Positions 11,553 to 20,000 of a stretch of DNA of 20,000 nt are shown here, piece after piece. Source of the DNA: Catajapyx aquilonaris (taxonomy: Eukaryota); the NCBI GenBank assembly GCA_000934665.2, contig JYFJ02001761.1, forward strand, positions 50,518 through 70,517, given 5' to 3'. The translations under genes and the position numbers were made by a program. Under the pieces are notes generated by a model. That model did not search any database. It worked only from the letters and a program-made list of their open reading frames with translations, and had not been told where the DNA came from. Position 1 is the first letter of the stretch. Each line of letters begins with the position of its first letter.

Positions 11553-14500
11553 CTAGGAGGTTCTGACAGATTTGGGGTCCAGCTTGGACCTGATCTTGGT
11601 CCTCTTGTTCCAATTGACATATGTGGTGGGGCAGCTGATTTCGTCCTCCTCCTCACATTTCATCAACTCTGACATTGGCCCTTGTAACTCCTCTGATAAG
11701 GGCAAGCTAGACACTGCCTCTTGGCCAACTGTGGCCAGCAGCTGGCACCGATCTTTGTACACTTCCAGGATTTTCCTGTACTTCTCCCTCACATCTTCCG
11801 GGTGATTACGATTAAATGCTGTTTAGGGTGAAAGTTTCAGGTGTAAAGAGGTCTCAAGTCACAATGTCCAGGGTGTAACCTCACCTTTCAAGTGATATGC
11901 CACATACAGAAGTGCTGACCTTGTAGGTGACAGGAAAGGGTACTTGGGTTTTAATATACCCACTGCAGTTAGGGCTTTCTGCAGGCCATCTGCACATGTT
12001 TGCTCCAGGTAACCAAGGATAGGCAGTTCAGGAACCTGTCAACCGGAAGAGAAAAATATGCATGGCAATTTTCGTCTACTGGCATAAACCCTGCCACCCA
12101 CTCTGGACAACCTAATGCAATAACAGAACGCGATAGGTAGCTTGGAAAGGTATGCAGTTATCATATCTTGCGAATTATTATTTTTAAAGTACCGGTATAC
12201 AGTCTATAAGTCAAACAAGCAAGCAAAGAAGTAACTCACTGTGAAGCGCATGTTCTTTGGAGGCAGCTTATCTGGCACAGTCAATGAGCAGTACAGCCAT
12301 GGTTCCTTGAGGAATATTTTCAGACATTCCTCATTGGCCATGTGATACACCTCTCCCTTGTAGACTGCTGCACAGCTCAACTTTCCTTCCTTCAACATGT
12401 CGTATCTGTTTTGAATGGGCCATGTGGTTAGACATTTATGCTCAATGTCAATAGTAACAAACATTTGACATACTTGCTTTGACCTCTGACATAGGTAACT
12501 GGGCAATACCCATCAAAGCCGGGTGGGTGTTGCCACCAAAGGGCCTCATATAAAGGGATCGTTTTGGGGATGTGGTCTGGTAGATGTTCTTTGGTGCATG
12601 TAGGTGGGGTGTACTTTCCTGGATCTGCCAGAAAGGCATCCAAATGAGCCTGGCTGCAGAGTTTGTAGTACACTTTCTGAGGAAATACAGGTAGGAGAAT
12701 GTGAGGCCAAATCCTAAGTGCCTGTAACTCATATTTCAGTGTGTGGTGACCAACAGATTTTAAAATGCGTTTAGGCCACTTGAAGTTCGAAAAGTTAATT
12801 TTCAAATCCATATTTCTCAGTTGTGAGGGAGAGAGAGCTGGAGGGACTGGAGCCATAAGAAAAGGAGAGGCAAAAGTAACTTGGATTGGTGGGGTTTACT
12901 TGCTTGAAGGCCTACCCTCCAAGTCCAGTGCTGGACAATAATGGCAGAGTAGGCTACTGCTAGTGACATGAGCTGCAGTGGCTCATGTTGCTAGCAGTAC
13001 TCGACCATTATAATGTCCAGCACTGTACTCTGGATATAAGAGCCTCAGCTACAGTATAAGTAATCCTTGGTTATAGCCAATTTGACAGGCTGCTTCTGTA
13101 CATGGCCTGTGCACTTGGATACAGGAAATCTAGGGTTACAGTTACTGATTTCATCAGCTCCTTGAGGTCTCTTATATCTGCAGTAGACTATATTGAGAAG
13201 CCTGACTTAATGCTGGACCAAATATCTGATAATAAACTTGTCTGTCAAAGGAATTCGCTATAACCTTGGCAATTTTACAGCAGGTGTACAGGATGTTTTC
13301 TCTTGCAGTGGGACAGGCATGTTGGTCTTGAGGTGTTCACTTGAATAAACCATGCACTCATTTTAGCCCCTCACTCTCTCATTTGCCATTCCCCTCTATC
13401 TCATATCACTGTGCCACTTGCACTTATGGCAGTTGGCAGACAGGTCCAGGCGGGATTCCCTGTTGGAATATTTTCCAGCTCTCCTGCCACTCCCTTGTCT
13501 ATCAAATTTGGTTCACTCCCCCTTCCCTGCTTGCAATAGTACATAACACATACGTAATATTGTATATTTCGTCATGTCGATGTTTAGGATTGACAATAGT
13601 AGTCCCCCAAAAAGGGCCCTGCCCTTGCAAGGGGTAACGTAAATAGTTTACAATTATTCAATCCTGATGCCCCAATCTCATGAAGTTTTACCCCTGCACC
13701 ATTTTATTTCAAACTAGTAATGAATTAAATGACTCCTGGATCTCACCTCATACTCAGCGGACAAGGGTAGGTCAAGCTTGAGTGAACATTCAGTGATGTT
13801 GTCTAGTTCATTAAGGCAGACTGTGCAGTAGTTGTGAAACTTGCTCCCCTTCTTGGAAAACTCCTCAGGAGAAAGGCAAAGGTCCTTCAGACATGATGCT
13901 TTTCCTATTCCCAAGAAGTGGGCATTAAAAACAAACTCAATGTAGACAAAGAGAATCAGTGAAGTGTTCATATTCCATAACCTTACCATCTTTAATCAAG
14001 CTGATGTAGTTTTGTATGTTTCCAAGGGCTTCCTTGATTCGCTCATCAGCCTTGGACCAGATACTCCATTTAGACAGGGTCCCATCCATCACCTCCATAT
14101 TGTGTCGGTTTTCAGTGTACCATTTTCTCACTGCCCGAAATTCCCGTTCCCAAACTTCCATTGTTTCATCTAAGGCTTCCTGGCTGTCGTTTATTGGAGC
14201 ATATCTTGAATTTAAGAGAAAATTTTTGTTACAATGGCAGTAGGCACTCTAGGCTGGTGTATTGTACAAGTGTGGTCCTTTTGGGTACTTCTAGTGCAGC
14301 AGGGATTATTCGGAAGGGAGAAAAGGTGCACATGCAAGTGCATGTACAGTGACGTTTTGTGCATTCCCATGGGTGGTTCTTCCACTGGAAATTCCACTCA
14401 AGACAGAGGTGGAGGCAATTAAACGCCACATCCCCGACTACAGATCGAACTTATTGGGACCCTTCTATCAATGGGTGCAAGTGTTACTGCTGTAACACCC

Positions 14501-16325
14501 TTCATCACACCCTACTACTGTACTTCAATAAAAATCTTTGGTGTTAACCCTTGTAAAGCACTAGTATGTATGCTATATGTACACATGTGGCAATTCTTCT
14601 CATACAGCAATAGAGGGTGTTAACAGGAAATCTGCTTATACTCACTCTGGAGGATTTTGACGAAGCCATGTGGCCCTGGAATTGACCTCATCTCTTGTTA
14701 TGTTAAGGTAAATCACCACATTGGGTATGATGCTGTACGTCTCCAATAGCTGAATATGTTTCTTGGTTAGGGGAAAACCATCAAACACAAACCCTTTCAA
14801 CTGGCACCTGGAAAAACATGCTCAAAATTTCACATGAACTCAAAATCCAGAAATGCAATGGGTTCTAACCTCACGTCAAGCATGTTGACATCGACACATT
14901 CAATTGCTCGTTCAGTGGGCACTGTACCTCCCATTTGCAAAAAGGCCATGATTTCCTTGGCTAGAGAGGTTCTTGAATGGTCCTCAATCACATTACGAAT
15001 GCAGTCCCCAAGGGATAGCTTCACTGTGCCATAACGCTTCTCAAAATGAGTTGCCACTAAACAGTAAAGCATAGCGTACCGGTATCATTCCACTTCTTAC
15101 ACCATCTATTCACTGACTGAATATATTGTACTTACACCTAGTTTTCCCACTTTTTGGGGGCCCCAATATGGCCAGCCTTGGAGGAATGTTTAGCTTGGGC
15201 TTCTCCTGGCTGACATACTTAAGAGGATTTGACCGGAATTTGTCTCTAGCCTCTTCACCAGCTGAGGTAGAATAACACTTAAGCATTTTCATACATCACA
15301 TCAAGTAAGCAGAATGTCGATATTTATACAACTCACCCAAAAAATAAATGTAACTCCTGTGAATCACTGGATATACATTCCAATCAGTACAAAGTATTGG
15401 GTTGTAGATGGAACCAGTGTCCATGAGCTGAAACAAATACATTGCTTATGGTTAAATTAACTGCAACAAAAATCCACATCAATACTTACATAAACAGGAC
15501 AGCAGTGGCCAAACTTGCTGAGAAAGAAGTAGCCTCCGTCTAGTAGCCCTTTAGCACGGTCCAAGGAAACCCAATAGGTTCTCTCAAAGATGCTCTGCCT
15601 AAAAATTAAATAAAAATAACATTACTATTGCCACACGGCATAAAAGCATTGTCATCCTCATCACAACTGATAATTGAGTGTATGTAGTACTTGTACTTCA
15701 CGTCTTCACCTAGGTTTTAATGAAGCTCTTTGAGTGAAAGAAGTGGCAACTGTGACCCTGCTAGGCCACACATTGAGAAACTTCTCCTACATTCCCCCAT
15801 ATGTAGTGCTAGACATTCCCAAAGAGTGATGTGAGTGTAAATATGGGAGAGGAAGTGAATGGAAAGATTTGTGTGAGTTATGGGCAAGGGGCTACACCAG
15901 CCTTGCTGCTGGAAAAATCCAGTAGAGCCAACTTAATATGATGGAACATTTGGAAATATTTGTTATTATCGAAGTTTATATTTCCCTGACTTGCATCATG
16001 CTTATCATGTTTTATCTTAATTTTCACATAAATTTTATAAGAAATCAAAATTGGATTAAGAAAATGAGAAAAACTGAATCTGGTCTATCTTGATCGAGAC
16101 CTTGATATGGAGAAGAAAATTTCTTCTAATAATGGCAACTATTTCTGCACAGCACATTCTAGGACTGTAAATCATTAATAAATTATGAATAAATTAATGA
16201 TATGCCTTTGGAGTAATTCTGTCTCAGCTAACTTATAAATGTGTTGCAAACACTAGGTAAGTGATATAGAGTTGCACACATTTTGTTCTGAGGTTTAAAG
16301 AACAGCATGAAGATTTAAATTAAAC

Positions 16326-16387
<62 letters not shown>

Positions 16388-18515
16388 GGCAGCAGCACTC
16401 CGAGAAAGCATGTCTAGCACCTCCCACATTGCCAATGAATGCCCAGGCTTGGTATCAAACCCAGGACCCTTCCATCTAAGGGTGCATACATTACTGCAGT
16501 GTCACTTTGCCTCTCCTAGGACGAGTAGCATAATTGAACAACAAAGGTAACTGATAAATTCATGCTGCTTAATGCTCACATCAAATTCAAAGTTAAAGTT
16601 GAATTTTATCTTAATATCACTAATGCAGTTAGGCCTACCTAGTTTTTCCATCCACACACTAAATTACACTTCCCTTGATAAGTCACATTAGCAATGGCCT
16701 TGTCAGGTTTTTCACTTATGCAAATTCTTTTGCTGTGTGTACTGTACTGTATAACACACAAATAAGTAATGCATGCATAATGGTTTGCATCAATTTCATA
16801 AGCAACACTTCCTCTTTGCTTCGGCTTTCTCTTTATACGGACTTGATTCTTCACAATTCAGATGGTGCACCACCCTAAATTTTACATACAGGACACAACA
16901 ACAACAACATCACGACATTTCCCTATGAGGGGTAGTCAGCGATGAAGGGAGACGCAAGCTAACCCAACATATGAACTAATAAAACTCATGAGAATAAACC
17001 TAAAAACAACCTGTCCCACCCCCCACCCCTGCCCACCTCAGACATCACCTTATCCTCAGAGGATGAAGGAGGAGGAGATTGTGAAGAAGGTTTATTTGGG
17101 TGGAGTAGTTGGTAAGAGGGGCAAGGGTAGGCCTAGGAAGACATGGTTGGACCAGGTGGGCCAGTGTCTTAAGGGTGTTGCTAGTGTTAAGCCGAGACGT
17201 TCTTGTGTCAATAGGACCATGGACGTGGCTGAGGCTAGGGTTGTTTGTTTGGATAGGTGTAAATGGCGTAGGTTAATTAATGGGTAAATACAGGACACAA
17301 TCTCTTATAAGACATTTTTTGGAAATCAGAATTTTTCGGATTATGGGATGGTAAAGAAATGCGATGCAAAAGGCTGATAGGTTTACAGGGCACATCACAA
17401 GGAGACTTAGGTACGATAGATAAGCTATTGAGTACCGTAAGGAATGCAATGCAGTTGGGGGCTAATCTATTCCTGGGATATACAAAGATATACTGTACGG
17501 TACGTATACTGTATACCTGTAGGCCTACCATCCCAAAATCTGAAAAAGTGTGTACATGTATGAGGGGCTTTCATAAAGTTCGTGCCGTTGGGTTGAAGAA
17601 AATGAGAGGAACAGTTCAAATTGCACACATGTATTAGTCCTTCTCTCAACCCTGCAGAGCTACACATTTTCCCCAGTGATTCACAACCTGTTGGACACCA
17701 TCATTGTAGAATAGACACATTTGAACAATTTCTTCATTTCCTTCAACCCAAAGTGAACTTGATGACCGCCCCTCATACATAAAGTAAAGGCACATTACAC
17801 CTAGAGCCACACTGAGGATCCTGGAGAAGAGGATATGCCAACAGCATCATCATTGCCTTGGTGATCATTGTGTTCAGGTTGGGACATGGTGGCACCAAAT
17901 GCAAGATTTGGTGAGCTCATGATCTTTATGAAATAATTTTTGCCATTTGGATCTTTTTGGTTTTCAGTGATTTGGGTAAGAGATTGTAAACCTGTATCTA
18001 ATTGCACCTCTAATGTTTCCCTTTACACTCATGCATACTGTAAATGCATATTGGCAACAATAAATACCTGTCCTCCAGTAAGGGCTTTATCTGGTGGTGG
18101 AACATCCAGGTAACAATTTTCTCTCTGTCATTGGCATTTATTTGTATCCAAGGGATTCCATCATCGCCACAAAGACTTCTGAAGGAATTACATCTCTCTG
18201 TCTCTATAGCGGTCCACTCTGCAAGAGTCGTCCTGATTCTCTCCATGGCAGCTGCCTCTGACTCCCAATTGATTTCCTCAAGCTCTGGGGGTGGAAACTC
18301 ATCATCCAGGAGACGGCCTATAAATGATTCATGGTCCCAGTCCTCAGCATCCATATCCTCGTCCTCCTCTTCATCCTCATCCTCCTCGTCATCCTCTTCA
18401 TCCTCTTCTTTCTCTGCAGCCTTTTCGAGGCGTTCAATCTTTGCCTGCTTTTTTCCCTCCAGCTCCTTCTTTCGGTCTGCCACCTTCTCCTCATGCTCTT
18501 TTGTCAGCTTTGCAT
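11553..18515 (-). CDS. AK9: Adenylate kinase 9-like, 3' portion (12 exons, ~760 aa); 5' exons lie beyond the window end
   Basis: Exons (minus): 18515-18068, 15598-15490, 15427-15337, 15261-15136, 15056-14870, 14807-14646, 14204-13987, 13904-13747, 12676-12474, 12405-12240, 12035-11885, 11818-11553. All GT..AG with consistent phases; the 18515 acceptor is the least certain (alternative 18507). P-loop GPPKSGKT (15163-15140), AK motif [11 protein letters not shown]-like segments (FGHCCPV...[22 protein letters not shown]), and the AK9-type C-terminus LPILGYLEQ...[33 protein letters not shown]. Coiled-coil/acidic tract in exon 18515-18068. Confidence 0.9.
12926..13025. mobile_element. Fold-back Tc1-type MITE (100 bp, nearly fully palindromic)
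   Basis: Arms pair almost end to end: CAGTGCTGGACA/TGTCCAGCACTG, ATAATGG/CCATTAT, TACTGCTAG/CTAGCAGTA, ACATGAGC/GCTCATGT. Terminus CAGTGCTGG matches the start of the Tc1 TIR. TA on the right, TC on the left. Confidence 0.7.
16327..16387. repeat. (TAT)~20 microsatellite
   Basis: Perfect trinucleotide run, read directly. Confidence 0.95.
16388..16505 (-). mobile_element. Possible degenerate short SINE with (ATA)n tail
   Basis: B-box-like GGGTTTGATACC on the minus strand (16462-16451), with the body running into the (ATA)n run. A box not clearly recognisable. Confidence 0.3.
16899..17287 (-). mobile_element. RTE-clade LINE fragment with 5' inversion
   Basis: 13-bp TSD ATACAGGACACAA (16886-16898, 17288-17300). 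3' UTR and (GTT)n tail on the minus strand (~17055-16899). RTE ORF C-terminus [34 protein letters not shown]...[22 protein letters not shown] on the plus strand (~17057-17287). Confidence 0.85.
17291..17994. mobile_element. Tigger/pogo-like non-autonomous element hosting a mariner MITE
   Basis: TIRs ta-CAGGACACAATCTCTTA (17289-17307) versus TAAGAGATTGTAAACCTG-ta (17977-17996). Internal inverted repeat TTTTTCGGATTATGGGATGGTA (17332-17353) / TACCATCCCAAAATCTGAAAAA (17526-17547). Confidence 0.6.
17561..17775. mobile_element. Mariner-type MITE (215 bp)
   Basis: ~60-bp imperfect TIRs: TGAGGGGCTTTCATAAAGTTC...TTGGGTTGAAGAAAATGA...GTTCAAAT versus reverse complement of the right end TGAGGGGCGGTCATCAAGTTC...TTGGGTTGAAGGAAATGA...GTTCAAAT. 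TA at 17559-60 and 17776-77. Confidence 0.8.
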
Positions 18516-18760
18516 CTTCATAATGGTGAATAATTGCAAATTATTAGGCATATACAGTAGATGATTGCCAAGAATAAATTTCTCCACTACCAAAATGGCA
18601 CAAATAATTCATGTATGCAGGAAGTCCTCACGAGATTCCCTGGGTTATGAATGCTGATATGTTCCTGAAAATGTCTGTAGGTTGTATCTGCATGTAACCT
18701 GGATCCTTGATGAACAGTGCAGGTACAGGAACAACCACAACAAAAATTAAATTATTATTA

Positions 18761-19203
18761 CCGAAGCAGCAGTAGCTGAGGGGATTTGGTATCCGGCTGC
18801 GAATCGGGAGGTCCAGGGATCGAATCCCCAGGCCGGCAACTCTGACCGTGGTTTTCTGTGGTTTCCCACGGTCACCCCCAGGTGAATACCGGAGTTGTTT
18901 CCTAAAATTAGTAGGCCACAGCCGCTTCCTGCCTTTCCTATCCCTGTCCCATAAAAACGGAGGAGGTGCGGCGTTTGTGGGAGGTCTCTGACCCGCATCT
19001 AGAGGGTCGTCTTGTCAACCTAGCCCTCTGAGGGACTGCACACGTCCTCCACCATGAGACATTGCACTTGCACCACTGTCCCCCCCTCTATCCCAGCACT
19101 GGAGAGTCAGAAAATGGTGGAAAAATCTCCCCCCTACATTAGCCAGAAGGCCTCAAGGGTGTAAATAAATAAATAAATAAATAAATAAAAATAAAATAAA
19201 GTG
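18761..19203 (+). mobile_element. Full-length tRNA-derived SINE (antisense within an AK9 intron)
   Basis: A-box-like TAGCTGAGGG (18773-82) and B-box-like GGATCGAATCC (18817-27). Body GGTTTTCTGTGGTTTCCC...CAGGTGAATACCGG...AGGCCACAGCCGCTTCCT is typical of insect SINEs. (AAAT)n tail; 17-bp TSD AAATTAAATTATTATTA (18744-60, 19204-20). Confidence 0.85.
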
Positions 19204-19210
19204 AAATTAA

Positions 19211-19274
<64 letters not shown>
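19211..19274. repeat. (ATT)~21 microsatellite
   Basis: Perfect trinucleotide run, read directly. Confidence 0.95.
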
Positions 19275-19275
<1 letters not shown>

Positions 19276-19861
19276 AGTAAAATCTCGTTTTAGCGAATAC
19301 CAACACAAAGAAATTTCAATAGAACGCAATAAAAATAAAATTTTGGTTGGCCAGCCATAAGAGCGTAAGTATGAGTATTTGTAATCCCGTTACTACGAAA
19401 TTTTCAGTACAACGAATATGAAAGGTGGTTCCCCGGCTAGTATTGAAACCGATATAACGAAATATGCACTAGTGAAATGCGCCGCCACACGTGCTCCAGC
19501 ACTGTCTACTATAGCGATAAGTGAGTGCGCCGTACAACGACGTACAAGTGTGCCAGGAGTTGACAGATTCGGACATACTTGCGGGGATGGCGCCAAGAAG
19601 TACCCTACCAATGTGGTTCCCACACATGACTCAGATGACAGTGACAACGAGGGTGAAGAAGTTGAGCAAGAGCATCAAGAAGAGACAATGACAATCAGAG
19701 ATGCACTTTCTGCAATGGAAAGAGTCAAGCGCTTCTTGACTCGCGTTGACATTCCAGATGCAATCTTCCATCATGTTGCTGGTATTGAAACTTACCTAAT
19801 GACAAGTGAATCCCGATGCTTGGTTCAAACCAAAATGACTGCTTTTCTGGACAGGGCATAA
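19275..19861 (+). mobile_element. Internally deleted Tigger/pogo element retaining the transposase C-terminus
   Basis: Starts ta-CAGTAAAATCTCGTTTTAGCGAA with repeated TACGAA/AACGAA subterminal motifs. ORF tail DSDDSDNEGEE...TIRDALSAMERVKRFL...QTKMTAFL* matches the acidic tract / EAL / QTKITDFF-type end of Tigger transposases. No DDE core or right TIR in the window. Confidence 0.7.
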
Positions 19862-20000
19862 TTTTATTTATTTATTTTTTGATTTATTTGACCTATCTCC
19901 CTCTTAAGGTGGAAATGAAGCGACTTGCTAATCAAATGAGAGTCTAGAATTGGAATGCTAATAAGAAGGGCTAAAATCAGGGAAACATACGCAACCGATG
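19862..20000 (-). mobile_element. Possible 3' end of another retroposon interrupting the Tigger element
   Basis: Minus strand ends ...CCACCTTAAGAGGGAGATAGGTCAAATAAATCAAAAAATAAATAAA, a tail-like terminus; the rest lies outside the window. Confidence 0.3.

Noticed and set aside
13150..13640. Possible decayed LINE reverse-transcriptase tail in an AK9 intron
   Set aside because: Only vague motif resemblance, many stops, and no TSD identified.
14544..14624. TTAA-CCCTT...AGGG-TG-TTAA piggyBac-like remnant
   Set aside because: Inverted match too short and interrupted to call.
18044..18564. Plus-strand Ser-rich and Leu-rich ORFs
   Set aside because: Antisense mirror of the Glu/Asp-rich AK9 exon.

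Overview
Eukaryotic, most likely insect/arthropod, genomic DNA (inferred from short GT-AG introns, CAAC/CAAA-ATG starts and the transposon types). It holds two tandem minus-strand spliced genes: the 3' twelve exons of an adenylate kinase 9 (AK9)-like gene (18515-11553, 5' part outside the window) and, only ~645 bp downstream, a complete 7-coding-exon Makorin (MKRN1-like) RING E3 ligase gene (10908-5703, 489 aa). I assembled both gene models by hand, and splice phases are consistent at every junction. Introns contain many small mobile elements: a tRNA-derived SINE, Tigger/pogo, mariner and Tc1-type MITEs, and two RTE-like LINE insertions with 13-bp target-site duplications (TSDs). The most unusual items are (1) a 5'-inverted RTE insertion with twin-priming geometry, nested in a three-element cluster; (2) RTE microsatellite tails that each match their own target site; (3) the very tight AK9-Makorin junction, with a phase-compatible fusion splice; (4) a perfect RFX X-box with no identifiable target gene; and (5) an excess of TA-CAG/CTG-TA motifs resembling Tc1/mariner excision footprints. 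I found no evidence of a wholly new gene system. All family assignments are by recalled motif, not database search.
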